34,493 nucleotides of DNA from a virus (lineage: Duplodnaviria > Heunggongvirae > Uroviricota > Caudoviricetes): the IMG/VR virus record IMGVR_UViG_2698536450_000021, positions 1 through 34,493 of that record; one strand, written 5' to 3'. Of the stretch, positions 1 through 11,719 are shown in pieces (within the stretch, counting starts at the first letter, position 1; each line of letters opens with the position of its first letter). Under the pieces are notes generated by a model. The model was given only the letters and a program-made list of their open reading frames with translations, was not told where the DNA came from and did not search any database. The position numbers and the translations under genes are program-made.

Positions 1-234
1 ATGCGTAATATTGAAACCCTCTCGACTAAAACCGGACCGGATGACGCAGGACTTAATATTTTACTGACAGAGGCTCGTCTGGAAGAACGTCGGGCAAGGG
101 CTGAGGCAATGGCTGCCCGCCTTGATAGCCTTGCGTGTCATATCACATCCCGCCAGCTAAACCACGTCGAAGCAGCAGAACTGCTGCGTGTGACTGCTGA
201 AGCAATCCAGAACGAAGCGCAGGAGGTCCACTAA
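1..234 (+). CDS. hypothetical early-region phage protein (77 aa; window begins at its first ATG, true 5' end uncertain)
   Basis: ORF with stop at 232-234 overlapping the next start (TAATG); no motif recognised. Confidence 0.35.
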   Translation: MRNIETLSTKTGPDDAGLNILLTEARLEERRARAEAMAARLDSLACHITSRQLNHVEAAELLRVTAEAIQNEAQEVH

Positions 235-461
235 TGGCTGATGCAATGGATCTCGTACAGCAGCGCGTTGAAGAAGAACGCCAGCGCCATATCCGTGCTG
301 CCCGTACCAAAACGCCGGGCGTGTCCCGCGTACTTTGCATTGAATGTGAAGCGCCAATTCCGCCAGCACGACGCCGCGCCATTCCGGGTGTGCAGCTTTG
401 CATTACCTGTCAGGAAATCGCAGAGCTGAAAGGCAAGCACTACAACGGAGGTGCTGTATGA
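234..461 (+). CDS. TraR/DksA-family C4 zinc-finger protein
   Basis: 75 aa with CIEC...(17 aa)...CITC spacing typical of the TraR/DksA C4 finger; stop overlaps next start (ATGA). Confidence 0.75.
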   Translation: MADAMDLVQQRVEEERQRHIRAARTKTPGVSRVLCIECEAPIPPARRRAIPGVQLCITCQEIAELKGKHYNGGAV

Positions 462-760
462 CAAGGGCAGTGCGTATCCATCAATTAAAAATTGCACCTA
501 AGTATTTCAACGCTGTGGTTGCAGGTCAAAAGACGGCTGAACTTCGTAAAGACGATCGTGGCTATAAAGTTGGTGATGTTCTTTCTCTTTGCGAATGGAA
601 GCATGCTGTATTTACGGGTAGGGAATGGGCCGCTGTTATCTCTCATGTGCTTCCGGCTAATGACGTCATGGCAGTTTCAGAAAAATGGGTGATGCTATCA
701 ATTCGCCCATTAACCCCATTAGAAGCTTTAGGATATGTTATTGCAGGAGGTGCTGTATGA
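458..760 (+). CDS. DUF3850/ASCH-like (PUA-fold) small protein
   Basis: ATG at 458 preceded by GGAGG. The N-terminal block [35 protein letters not shown] matches the DUF3850/ASCH pattern as I remember it. The longer track ORF from 398 is an upstream in-frame extension. Confidence 0.6.
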   Translation: MTRAVRIHQLKIAPKYFNAVVAGQKTAELRKDDRGYKVGDVLSLCEWKHAVFTGREWAAVISHVLPANDVMAVSEKWVMLSIRPLTPLEALGYVIAGGAV

Positions 761-1614
761 GCACCATCCTGAAATGGGCGGGAAATAAAACCGCCATTAT
801 GTTCGAACTGAAAAAACACCTTCCTGCTGGCCCGCGACTGGTTGAACCTTTCGCGGGTTCCTGTGCTGTGATGATGGAGACGGATTACCCCAGCTATCTG
901 GTTGCGGATATTAATCCTGATTTAATCAACCTCTATAAAAAGGTTGCCGCTGATTGTGAATCGTTTATATCTCGCGCCAGAGCTTTATTTGAGGAAGCAA
1001 ACAGGGAGGTGGCTTATTACAACATAAGGCAGGAGTTTAATTACTCCACTGAAATTACTGATTTCATGAAAGCGGTATATTTCCTGTATCTCAATCGTCA
1101 TGGTTACCGTGGATTATGTCGCTATAACAAGAGCGGGCATTTCAACATTCCGTACGGTAATTATAAAAATCCGTATTTCCCTGAAAAAGAAATTCGCGCA
1201 TTTGCAGAGAAAGCCCAGCGTGCAACGTTTATCTGCGCAAGCTTTGATGAAACGCTGGCGATGCTGCAGGTGGGGGATGTGGTGTATTGCGATCCGCCGT
1301 ATGACGGTACGTTTTCCGGCTATCACACTGATGGTTTCACTGAAGATGACCAGTATCACCTGGCATCCGTTCTTGAACATCGGTCATCAGAAGGACATCC
1401 GGTCATTGTTTCTAACAGTGATACATCCCTGATCCGTTCGCTGTATCGCAATTTTACTCACCACTACATCAAGGCAAAACGCAGCATCGGTGTAGCAGCT
1501 GGTGAGAGTAAATCTTCAACAGAAATCATCGCTGTTTCCGGGCCGCGCTGCTGGGTGGGATTTGATCCTTCGCGTGGCGTGGATAGTTCTGCCGTGTACG
1601 GAGTGCGTGCATGA
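757..1614 (+). CDS. DNA N6-adenine methyltransferase (Dam-like)
   Basis: N-terminal ILKWAGNK motif and catalytic DPPY (1291-1302); ATG at 757 after GGAGG; stop overlaps the start of gene A (ATGA). Track ORF 685-1614 is an upstream extension. Confidence 0.85.
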   Translation: MSTILKWAGNKTAIMFELKKHLPAGPRLVEPFAGSCAVMMETDYPSYLVADINPDLINLYKKVAADCESFISRARALFEEANREVAYYNIRQEFNYSTEITDFMKAVYFLYLNRHGYRGLCRYNKSGHFNIPYGNYKNPYFPEKEIRAFAEKAQRATFICASFDETLAMLQVGDVVYCDPPYDGTFSGYHTDGFTEDDQYHLASVLEHRSSEGHPVIVSNSDTSLIRSLYRNFTHHYIKAKRSIGVAAGESKSSTEIIAVSGPRCWVGFDPSRGVDSSAVYGVRA

Positions 1615-4025
1615 GCCATGCTGATATGAACAACTGCAGCGGCTTTAACGAGGTCGCCGCAGCATTCTCATGGAACAGCCCGAAAAAGGCCATTAACCCT
1701 TATCTGGACCCGGCGGAAGTTGCGCCGGTTTCTGTGCTTTCAAACCTGATCACTCTGTACGCTACCGATAACGAGCAGGAACAACTGCGCCGCGAGGCTC
1801 TGAGTGATCAGGTATGGGAGCGTTATTTCTTTAATGAATCACGTGATCCTGTCCAGCGCGAAATGGAGCAGGATAAGCTCATTAGCCGGGCAAAGCTGGC
1901 GCATGAGCAGCAGCGTTTTAATCCGGGCATGGTCATCCTGGCGGACGTTAACGCCCAGCCTTCCCATATCAGCAAGCCGCTGATGCAACGTATTGAATAC
2001 TTCAGCAGCCTGGGCAGGCCAAAGGCTTATTCCCGCTATTTGCGTGAGACGATTAAGCCATGTCTGGAACGACTGGAGCATGTACGCGACAGTCAGCTAT
2101 CCACTTCTTTTCGCTTTATGGCAAGCCATGAAGGGCTGGACGGTCTGCTGATCCTGCCTGAAATGAGTCAGGATCAGGTGAAACGCCTGTCCACCCTGGT
2201 AGCTGCGCATATGAGCATGTGCCTTGATGCCGCTTGTGGCGATTTGTATGCCACCGATGACGTTAAGCCAGAAGAAATCCGCAAGACATGGGAAAAGGTG
2301 GCGGCGGAAACCCTGCGACTGGATGTCATACCACCTGCGTTTGAGCAACTCCGCCGGAAAAGAAACCGCCGTAAACCCGTGCCCTATGAACTCATTCCGG
2401 GGTCGCTGGCGCGTATGCTGTGCGCCGACTGGTGGTATCGGAAATTGTGGAAGATGCGTTGCGAATGGCGGGAAGAGCAGTTGCGTGCTGTTTGCCTGGT
2501 CAGCAAAAAAGCATCTCCCTATGTCAGCTATGAAGCCGTGATGCATAAACGTGAGCAGCGCCGTAAGTCGCTGGAGTTTTTCCGTTCTCATGAACTGGTG
2601 AACGAAGACGGCGACACGCTGGACATGGAGGATGTGGTAAACGCCAGCAGCAGCAACCCTGCGCATCGCCGCAATGAGATGATGGCCTGTGTTAAAGGTC
2701 TGGAGCTTATCGCGGAAATGCGCGGTGACTGCGCCGTTTTCTACACCATCACCTGTCCGTCACGTTTCCATTCCACGCTAAATAACGGCAGGCCCAACCC
2801 GACCTGGACAAATGCGACGGTAAGACAAAGCAGTGATTATCTGGTCGGCATGTTTGCTGCATTTCGTAAGGCGATGCACAAAGCCGGGTTGCGCTGGTAT
2901 GGCGTGCGGGTGGCTGAGCCGCATCATGACGGCACAGTTCACTGGCACCTGTTGTGTTTCATGCGCAAAAAAGACCGCCGCGCCATTACTGCATTGTTGC
3001 GTAAGTTTGCTATCCGTGAAGACCGCGAGGAGCTGGGTAATAACACGGGGCCACGCTTTAAGTCTGAGCTGATAAACCCGCGCAAAGGAACGCCGACTAG
3101 CTACATCGCGAAATACATCAGTAAGAACATTGACGGGCGTGGTCTGGCTGGCGAGATCAGCAAGGAAACGGGTAAATCTCTGCGTGATAACGCTGAATAC
3201 GTTAATGCCTGGGCGTCTCTGCATCGTGTTCAGCAATTCCGCTTCTTTGGCATTCCGGGGCGTCAGGCTTACCGTGAACTGCGATTGCTGGCTGGTCAGG
3301 CGGCAAGGCAACAGGGTGACAAAAAAGCAGGTGCGCCGGTACTGGATAACCCGCGCCTTGATGCCATTCTGGCTGCAGCTGATGCTGGTTGTTTTGCCAC
3401 CTACATCATGAAGCAGGGCGGCGTACTGGTTCCCCGTAAATATCACCTCATCAGAACCGCTTATGAAATCAACGAAGAGCCGACCGCCTATGGCGATCAC
3501 GGCATTCGTATTTATGGCATCTGGTCACCCATTGCAGAGGGCAAAATCTGCACTCATGCCGTGAAGTGGAAAATGGTTCGTAAGGCCGTTGACGTTCAGG
3601 AGGCGGCAGCCGACCAGGGCGCTTGCGCCCCTTGGACTCGTGGCAATAACTGTCCCCTTGCTGAAAATTTGAACCAACAGGAGAAAGATAAATCAGCTGA
3701 TGGGGACACCAGAACGGATATTACCCGCATGGATGACAAGGAGTTGCACGATTATCTGCATAGTATGAGCAAAAAAGAGCGCCGGGAACTGGCAGCAAGG
3801 TTACGCCTGGTTAAGCCGAAACGGCGTAAAGACTACAAACAGCGAATTACAGATCATCAGCGACAGCAGCTCGTCTATGAACTGAAGTCCAGAGGATTTG
3901 ATGGCAGCGAGAAAGAGGTCGATTTACTCCTTCGCGGTGGCAGTATTCCGTCAGGAGCAGGCCTGCGTATCTTCTATCGGAACCAGCGTTTGCAGGAAGA
4001 TGATAAGTGGAGAAACCTGTATTAA
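1611..4025 (+). CDS. replication initiation endonuclease, P2 gpA / 186 A family (rolling-circle nickase)
   Basis: 804-aa ORF carrying the conserved tyrosine block [12 protein letters not shown]; position upstream of the cos/late region matches P2/186 organisation. Confidence 0.88.
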   Translation: MSHADMNNCSGFNEVAAAFSWNSPKKAINPYLDPAEVAPVSVLSNLITLYATDNEQEQLRREALSDQVWERYFFNESRDPVQREMEQDKLISRAKLAHEQQRFNPGMVILADVNAQPSHISKPLMQRIEYFSSLGRPKAYSRYLRETIKPCLERLEHVRDSQLSTSFRFMASHEGLDGLLILPEMSQDQVKRLSTLVAAHMSMCLDAACGDLYATDDVKPEEIRKTWEKVAAETLRLDVIPPAFEQLRRKRNRRKPVPYELIPGSLARMLCADWWYRKLWKMRCEWREEQLRAVCLVSKKASPYVSYEAVMHKREQRRKSLEFFRSHELVNEDGDTLDMEDVVNASSSNPAHRRNEMMACVKGLELIAEMRGDCAVFYTITCPSRFHSTLNNGRPNPTWTNATVRQSSDYLVGMFAAFRKAMHKAGLRWYGVRVAEPHHDGTVHWHLLCFMRKKDRRAITALLRKFAIREDREELGNNTGPRFKSELINPRKGTPTSYIAKYISKNIDGRGLAGEISKETGKSLRDNAEYVNAWASLHRVQQFRFFGIPGRQAYRELRLLAGQAARQQGDKKAGAPVLDNPRLDAILAAADAGCFATYIMKQGGVLVPRKYHLIRTAYEINEEPTAYGDHGIRIYGIWSPIAEGKICTHAVKWKMVRKAVDVQEAAADQGACAPWTRGNNCPLAENLNQQEKDKSADGDTRTDITRMDDKELHDYLHSMSKKERRELAARLRLVKPKRRKDYKQRITDHQRQQLVYELKSRGFDGSEKEVDLLLRGGSIPSGAGLRIFYRNQRLQEDDKWRNLY

Positions 4026-4117
4026 TTACGCGGGTTAACAATTCGTGCTCTTAATAATACCAGGCATATCAGGCTGATGAACGTAAAAAAACGTTTTACA
4101 TCAGTAAGATTATTATA

Positions 4118-4152
4118 TACTGTAAATATAAACAGTGGTTATATTTACAGTA
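4118..4152 (+). promoter_or_regulatory. LexA (SOS) box TACTGTAAATATAAACAGTG (4118-4137), overlapped by a weaker half-matching box (4133-4152), in the promoter region of the small-ORF/DinI-like operon
   Basis: CTGT-N8-ACAG core at 4120-4135 with an AT-rich spacer; 14-bp perfect inverted arms 4118-4131 / 4139-4152; TTTACA -35-like hexamer at 4095-4100; AGGAGG RBS then ATG at 4178. Confidence 0.6.
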
Positions 4153-4177
4153 TTGCTTTGGTGTCATAGGAGGAAAG

Positions 4178-4366
4178 ATGCAGGACTATTTTTTGGAGTC
4201 TTTGAAGCTCCAGCGCATTGATTTTTTTCTTAAGCTTGTAGCGGCTAGTGAGTGTAGTGATGAAGAGAAGGGGCTGGCTCTGCAGTGGGTTTCTGAACTG
4301 ACAGATGAACTCATGGCAAAAATCAGAACCCACGAATACAACCGCTCAATGGATGTCATCAGCTGA
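4178..4366 (+). CDS. small hypothetical protein (62 aa), first gene of the putative SOS-controlled operon
   Basis: ORF with strong RBS (AGGAGG 4169-4174) directly downstream of the LexA box; no recognisable domain. Confidence 0.45.
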   Translation: MQDYFLESLKLQRIDFFLKLVAASECSDEEKGLALQWVSELTDELMAKIRTHEYNRSMDVIS

Positions 4367-4376
4367 GGTGACTTTT

Positions 4377-4610
4377 ATGCGCATTGAAATAATGATCGAT
4401 AAAGAGCAGAAGATTAGCCAGTCTACACTGGACGCCCTTGAATCCGAGCTTTACCGCAATCTGCGCCCCCTGTATCCCAAAACGGTAATTCGTATTCGCA
4501 AAGGTAGCTCTAACGGTGTGGAACTGACCGGACTGCAACTGGACGAAGAAAGAAAACAAGTGATGAAAATTATGCAGAAGGTGTGGGAAGACGACAGCTG
4601 GCTGCATTAA
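4377..4610 (+). CDS. DinI-like protein (phage Tum/DinI family)
   Basis: 77 aa; MRIE...DALESEL...KIMQKVWEDDSW aligns by eye along its length with E. coli DinI. ATG at 4377; the track ORF from 4305 is an upstream extension. Confidence 0.75.
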   Translation: MRIEIMIDKEQKISQSTLDALESELYRNLRPLYPKTVIRIRKGSSNGVELTGLQLDEERKQVMKIMQKVWEDDSWLH

Positions 4611-4745
4611 GAAACGTTGCTGGCGTCTGAACTTGTTTCTGGCGTCAGCAAGGTTGAACAACGAGCCCTTGCGAGGCGTTAGCTCTGTAGTGCATGTCTA
4701 TGCCGCATGAGATCGCATGATCGTTTGAGGATCGTTTTTGCTAAG

Positions 4746-4770
4746 GCCCGCCAGAACTGGCGGGCTTTTG
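4746..4770 (+). terminator. rho-independent terminator after the DinI-like operon
   Basis: GCCCGCCAG / CTGGCGGGC 9-bp perfect stem followed by TTTT. Confidence 0.55.
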
Positions 4771-4814
4771 CGTAGATCATGCACCTGCATGAAAACCACT
4801 ACATAAAGCGGGCA

Positions 4815-4833
4815 GGCGTGGCGGGGATACGAG
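4815..4833. other. cos-like sequence (possible cohesive-end site) GGCGTGGCGGGGATACGAG
   Basis: First 12-13 nt resemble the P2/186 cohesive-end motif GGCG(A/T)GGCGGGGA as I recall it, followed by a GCGCGCT run. Recalled from memory, not verified. Confidence 0.3.
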
Positions 4834-4885
4834 CGCGCGCTATCACGTAAAATAGGCAAAATACTTCTGGAAAACAGAAAGTTGA

Positions 4886-6832
<1,947 letters not shown>

Positions 6833-6836
6833 TGAA

Positions 6837-6871
6837 CAGCCCTAACGTTATGAATGCTAAGGCTGATTTTT
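6837..6871 (+). terminator. possible terminator downstream of the RT gene
   Basis: Imperfect hairpin CAGCC...GGCTG (6837-6865) followed by ATTTTT. Confidence 0.35.
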
Positions 6872-6873
6872 CG

Positions 6874-7902
6874 TTAAAATTTATATGGTTTGAATTGTAA
6901 TATATTATCTTCAAGCCATTTATTTAATTCCTGCATCCTTTTCTGTAAGGGTATTAATTCGTTCCTCACAAACACTAAACTCGCTTTTTCCACATCCCCA
7001 AACCCCCCGACATTATTTGGCATAATCCCCATCATTTGCGGTGGCACACGGTGCGCTGCCATCATGTCATCGCGGCTGACATTTTTGATATTCAGAAACT
7101 CATCCTTCGCCGCCACTTCTGACAACGGGATAATCTGAAGCCCGTCCTTTTTACCGTTAGGCGAGTACATAAACAGGTTACGGAAGTTACCAGGACCTTT
7201 GGCGCTTTTCATCGCATTGCGGAGGTTGTTCACATCCTCCTGGTTCTGCGCTGCATCGGTCATGTACATGATGAAGCCTGCATGACTGCCGTTAATGTAA
7301 TACTTGCGGCGGAACAGCGTGGCGGACTCGTTGAGCAGAGCTGACGGAATGGCAGAAAGATAACCGGGCAGGCCGTAGATCTCCTGGTTGATGTCCGGTT
7401 CCATCAGATGAAAAATGTTGCCTTTCGTGAACTGATACGGCTGCGTAGTCATGCCGTATTGCACAAACCAGTAGGTATCAAGGTCTAACCCGCGTCGGGT
7501 GTATTTTGCCAGTGCAGGCTCAAGGGCGATAACTTCACCGAAGCGGTTCGTGCGTTTCTCCAGGTAGGCGTTACCAAAAACCAGATAGTCCTGTACAAAA
7601 CGCGAAAAAGCCTGCTGGCTGAGCAGCGGGTGAGGGATGTAGGTGCTGGTCAGAATGTTGCACTTCACTGCAATCGGTGAGCTGTGATGCACGGCGGCGC
7701 GGAAGGTTCGCGCCAGTCCGTCGAAACTCACAGGCGGCTCGTACCAACGATCCATCTGTACGCATTCCACATAGTCCAGCAGTTCGCGGCGGTCCAGAAC
7801 AGGAACGGGATCACCGAAGCTGAATGCTTCGGCTGAAGTCTGGCTTTTATGCTGGATCTGTTTCGTCGACGCAGCGCGGTTCTTCTTACTCTTTCCCATC
7901 AA
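6874..7902 (-). CDS. portal protein (P2 gpQ-like)
   Basis: 342-aa ORF recognised as P2-family portal; start overlaps the terminase stop. Confidence 0.88.
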   Translation of the reverse strand: MMGKSKKNRAASTKQIQHKSQTSAEAFSFGDPVPVLDRRELLDYVECVQMDRWYEPPVSFDGLARTFRAAVHHSSPIAVKCNILTSTYIPHPLLSQQAFSRFVQDYLVFGNAYLEKRTNRFGEVIALEPALAKYTRRGLDLDTYWFVQYGMTTQPYQFTKGNIFHLMEPDINQEIYGLPGYLSAIPSALLNESATLFRRKYYINGSHAGFIMYMTDAAQNQEDVNNLRNAMKSAKGPGNFRNLFMYSPNGKKDGLQIIPLSEVAAKDEFLNIKNVSRDDMMAAHRVPPQMMGIMPNNVGGFGDVEKASLVFVRNELIPLQKRMQELNKWLEDNILQFKPYKF

Positions 7903-9665
7903 AAAATCTCCACAATATTGCTGGTATTGGCGGACTCGCCCTGCAGCGGTTCGTTAAACAGTGCGTGCATTGTTGCCCAGGCCAGATCGGCATGGCTGGC
8001 TTCTTCGCTGCGGCTGGCTTCATAGGTCGGGCGGTTGCCACTGGCAGTGGTAGCGCGACGGATTGCCATAAATGACTGCGCAATGTCGGTGTGCCCGGCG
8101 TCAAACTCCAGACGGCGGTGGCTGATAATGTCGTAGGCCTTGAGTACCAGGGCGTTTTTAACGTTGGGGTTATAGACAAACTCCCTGACGGCAGGAAAAA
8201 ACGCTTTCACGTTCTCGTAAACCCCGTGACCGACGCCGGTCGAGTCGATACCGATATAGGTCACGTTATACTGTTCGGTCAGTTTTTTGATGGCGTCAGC
8301 CTGGGCGCGGAAGTCCATCCCGCGCCACTGGTGACGCTCAAGAATGCGGAACTTACCACCCGGCACGGCTGGCGGAGCCACCACCACGCATCCGGCACTG
8401 TCGCCGTTCTGCGTACCTTTTGCCGGGTCATAACCGATCCACACTTCGCGCCAGCCAAACGGGTGCAGGGCCAGTGCATGAAAGTCGGTCCAGACTTCCC
8501 AGCTGTCCACCATGCACGCCTGCAGTTCGCTGAGCGGGAACACGGACGCGAGATCGTCCACGAACTCGCACATCAGCAGGTTCTGGTATTCGTCCGGGCT
8601 GTACTCCATGCGCAGCTGGTCGAGGTCGAACAGGTTACAGCCGCCGCGCACCGCATCTTCCACGGTGACTATCTGGCGGTATTGCCCGTCTGCGCACAGC
8701 AGGCCGGGGGCCAGATTGCTGTGGGACAGGTCGATGTCCACCTTGTCAGCTTTGTTGCGTCCACGGTTGAACAGCGCACCGGACCAGAACGGATAAGCAC
8801 TGTGGGTCAGGCTGGATGGCGTGGAAAAATAGGTTTGTCGCCATTTCTTGTGAATAGCCATCCCGGAAGCCACTTTGCGCAGCTCCTGGAATTTCGGTAT
8901 CCAGAAATATTCATCCAGATACAGGTTGCCGTGATAACTCTGGGCCGTGCGGGCATTGGTGCCGAGGAAGTAAAGCGTGGCTCCGTTAGGAAGCACCATC
9001 GGATCGCCTTTTAGCTCCACCTCGACTTCTTTGGCGAAGTCGATGATGTATTGTTTAAAGACGTGGGCCTGAGCCTTACTGGCAGAAAGGAAAATCTGGT
9101 TACGTCCGGTAAGCAGGGCGTCAATCAGGGCTTCACGGGCAAAATAGAAGGTCGCGCCGATCTGGCGAGACTTCAGCAGGTTGCGGATGCGGTTGGTTTT
9201 TCCGGCTTCCCACCAGTGGCGCTGGTAGTTGAACATGGAGGAATGGAAGATTTCTTCCAGCTTCTCAATCTGCTCATCGGTGAAAACATTCTTTTCCGGC
9301 TGACGGCGCGGGCCTTTGTTGCGGTTGGCGACGTTAGGGTTTAAGTCGGCTTCGTTGCCGCCATTGTTAAATTTGCCGATCCGCGCGTGGCGCTCCGACT
9401 GGCGCGCCAGCAGGTCAATCTCTTTGAAATCTTTCCCTTCTTTGTGCTCCTTCATGATGAGCTGGCAGTAGCGTGCGGCGGTGGTGAGCTGCATCTGATC
9501 CAGCGGCCCATAGTCACCCCACTTGTCGCGTTTTTTCCAGCTGTGAACGGTTGCAACTTTCTCGCCCAGCATTTCAGCAATGCGGGCTACGCGGTATCCC
9601 TGAAAGTACAGCAGCATGGCCTGCCGACGGGGATCGAGATCTGCGGGTGTCAGTGTGGTGTTCAT
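7899..9665 (-). CDS. terminase large (ATPase) subunit (P2 gpP-like)
   Basis: 588-aa ORF transcribed divergently from the capsid operon, as in P2. Confidence 0.88.
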   Translation of the reverse strand: MNTTLTPADLDPRRQAMLLYFQGYRVARIAEMLGEKVATVHSWKKRDKWGDYGPLDQMQLTTAARYCQLIMKEHKEGKDFKEIDLLARQSERHARIGKFNNGGNEADLNPNVANRNKGPRRQPEKNVFTDEQIEKLEEIFHSSMFNYQRHWWEAGKTNRIRNLLKSRQIGATFYFAREALIDALLTGRNQIFLSASKAQAHVFKQYIIDFAKEVEVELKGDPMVLPNGATLYFLGTNARTAQSYHGNLYLDEYFWIPKFQELRKVASGMAIHKKWRQTYFSTPSSLTHSAYPFWSGALFNRGRNKADKVDIDLSHSNLAPGLLCADGQYRQIVTVEDAVRGGCNLFDLDQLRMEYSPDEYQNLLMCEFVDDLASVFPLSELQACMVDSWEVWTDFHALALHPFGWREVWIGYDPAKGTQNGDSAGCVVVAPPAVPGGKFRILERHQWRGMDFRAQADAIKKLTEQYNVTYIGIDSTGVGHGVYENVKAFFPAVREFVYNPNVKNALVLKAYDIISHRRLEFDAGHTDIAQSFMAIRRATTASGNRPTYEASRSEEASHADLAWATMHALFNEPLQGESANTSNIVEIF

Positions 9666-9711
9666 GGCACAAACCTACAGTCTTGAATGAAGGCTTTCCC
9701 CGCCTGCGGTT

Positions 9712-9729
9712 TGTGTGGTTGTCGGTACA
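9712..9729. promoter_or_regulatory. Ogr-type late-promoter activator dyad TGT-N12-ACA in the P/O divergent intergenic region
   Basis: TGTGTGGTTGTCGGTACA, 79 bp upstream of the O start. Confidence 0.45.
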
Positions 9730-9807
9730 AATACCGCGCATTGTTTCACTGCCCTCATCACCGCAACCATAAGGCTCCAGTAAGTTTTTTCTAACGGAGC
9801 ACGGCTC

Positions 9808-10641
9808 ATGACAGTGAAAGCAAAGCGTTTTCGCATCGGGGTGGAAGGTGCCACCACCGACGGACGCGAAATCCAGCGTGAATGGCTGGAACAGATGGCA
9901 GCCAGCTACAACCCCGCAGTGTATACCGCGCTGATTAACCTTGAGCACATCAAGTCTTATCTGCCGGACAGCACCTTTAACCGCTACGGCAAGGTGACGG
10001 CGCTGTTTGCTGAAGAAATCACGGAAGGCCCGCTGGCAGGCAAGATGGCGCTGTATGCCGACGTTGAGCCAACGGAGTCCCTGGTGGAGCTGGTGAAAAA
10101 AGGCCAGAAATTATTCACCTCTATGGAAGTCAGCCCGAAGTTCGCTGATACGGGCAAAGCCTACCTGGTTGGCCTGGCTGCCACTGATGATCCAGCCAGT
10201 CTGGGTACGGAAATGCTGACATTCAGCGCCAGTGCAGCCCATAACCCGTTGGCAAACCGCAAGCAGAATCCCGCCAATCTTTTTACCGCTGCAGAGGAAA
10301 CGGTGATCGAACTGGAAGAAGTCCAGGATGACAAACCGTCCCTGTTTGCCCGCGTCACGGCGCTGTTCACCAAAAAAGAGCAGTCAGACGATGCCCGGTT
10401 CTCTGATGTGCATAAGGCCGTGGAGCTGGTCGCCACTGAGCAGCAGAACCTGAGCACACGCACCGAAAAATCCCTGGCTGAACAGGAAGAACGCCTGTCT
10501 GAGCTGGAGACTGCTCTGCAGGAGCAGCAAACCGCCTTTAAAGAACTGGTGAATAAGCTGAGTCATGAAGACAGCCGCCAGGACTACCGCCAGCGTGCAA
10601 CAGGCGGTAACGCCCCCGCTGACACTCTGACCAATTGCTGA
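9808..10641 (+). CDS. capsid scaffolding protein (P2 gpO-like)
   Basis: N-terminal FRIGVEGATTDGREI block matches gpO; position before the major capsid gene. Confidence 0.85.
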   Translation: MTVKAKRFRIGVEGATTDGREIQREWLEQMAASYNPAVYTALINLEHIKSYLPDSTFNRYGKVTALFAEEITEGPLAGKMALYADVEPTESLVELVKKGQKLFTSMEVSPKFADTGKAYLVGLAATDDPASLGTEMLTFSASAAHNPLANRKQNPANLFTAAEETVIELEEVQDDKPSLFARVTALFTKKEQSDDARFSDVHKAVELVATEQQNLSTRTEKSLAEQEERLSELETALQEQQTAFKELVNKLSHEDSRQDYRQRATGGNAPADTLTNC

Positions 10642-10657
10642 TGGAGCACAAAACCTG

Positions 10658-11716
10658 ATGAAGAAGAATACCCGCTTTGCTTTTAACGCTTACCTGCAGC
10701 AGCTGGCGCGTCTGAACGGTGTGGCAGTTGAAGAACTGTCCAGCAAGTTCACCGTGGAGCCGTCTGTACAGCAGACGCTGGAAGACCAGATCCAGCAGTC
10801 CGCCGCTTTCCTGACGCTGATTAACGTCACGCCAGTGACTGAGCAGTCCGGTCAGCTGCTGGGGTTGGGTGTTGGTAGCACCATTGCCGGAACCACTGAC
10901 ACCACCGCGAAAGAGCGTGAACCTGTCGATCCTACGCTGATGGTCGATGTTGAATACAAATGCGAGCAGACCAACTTTGACACGGTACTGACCTACGCGA
11001 AGCTGGACCTGTGGGCGAAGTTTCAGGATTTCCAGGTGCGTATCCGTGACGCCATCGTGAAACGTCAGGCACTGGACCGCATCATGATCGGCTTTAACGG
11101 CGTGAAGCGTGCGAAAACCTCCAACCGTAGCGAAAACCCGCTGCTGCAGGATGTGAATAAAGGCTGGCTGCAGAAAATCCGTGAGGATGCACCGGATCAC
11201 GTCATGGGCAGCACCACCACGGGTGGTGAAACCACACCGGGTGCGGTGAAAGTCGGGAAAGGTGGCGAATATGCCAACCTGGACGCCGTAGTGATGGATG
11301 CCGTCAATGAGCTTATCGACGTGGTTTACCAGGACGATGACGATCTGGTGGTGATTTGCGGGCGTGAACTGCTGTCTGACAAGTATTTCCCGCTGGTCAA
11401 CAAAGAGCAGGAAAACAGTGAAAAACTGGCTGCCGATATGATCATCAGTCAGAAACGCATGGGGGGCCTGCAGGCCGTGCGTGCGCCGTTCTTCCCGCCG
11501 AATGCGCTGCTGATCACCCGTCTGGATAACCTGTCCATCTACTGGCAGGAAGACACCTGCCGCCGTTCAGTTATTGACAACCCGAAACGTGACCGGATTG
11601 AAAACTTTGAATCTGTTAACGAAGCCTATGTGGTTGAGGACTACCGCTGCGCCGCACTGGTGGAAAACATCCAGATTGGCGACTTCAGCGCCGCCGCAGC
11701 AGAAACCGGAGCGTAA
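10658..11716 (+). CDS. major capsid protein (P2 gpN-like)
   Basis: 352 aa, extensive by-eye identity to P2 gpN (TRFAFNAYL..., FTVEPSVQQTL..., IISQKRMGGLQAVR...). Confidence 0.9.
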   Translation: MKKNTRFAFNAYLQQLARLNGVAVEELSSKFTVEPSVQQTLEDQIQQSAAFLTLINVTPVTEQSGQLLGLGVGSTIAGTTDTTAKEREPVDPTLMVDVEYKCEQTNFDTVLTYAKLDLWAKFQDFQVRIRDAIVKRQALDRIMIGFNGVKRAKTSNRSENPLLQDVNKGWLQKIREDAPDHVMGSTTTGGETTPGAVKVGKGGEYANLDAVVMDAVNELIDVVYQDDDDLVVICGRELLSDKYFPLVNKEQENSEKLAADMIISQKRMGGLQAVRAPFFPPNALLITRLDNLSIYWQEDTCRRSVIDNPKRDRIENFESVNEAYVVEDYRCAALVENIQIGDFSAAAAETGA

Positions 11717-11719
11717 TCC

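Noticed and set aside
2097-2666. 189-aa ORF on the - strand
   Set aside because: Inside and antisense to replication gene A.
4746-4765. Strong 9-bp hairpin considered as the msDNA (msd) stem
   Set aside because: It is followed by a T-run and sits upstream of the cos-like site and ~140 bp before a1; better explained as the terminator of the DinI-like operon.
8091-9014. 307-aa ORF on the + strand
   Set aside because: Lies entirely antisense within the terminase large-subunit gene; no RBS or recognisable domain. Typical spurious ORF in GC-rich coding DNA.
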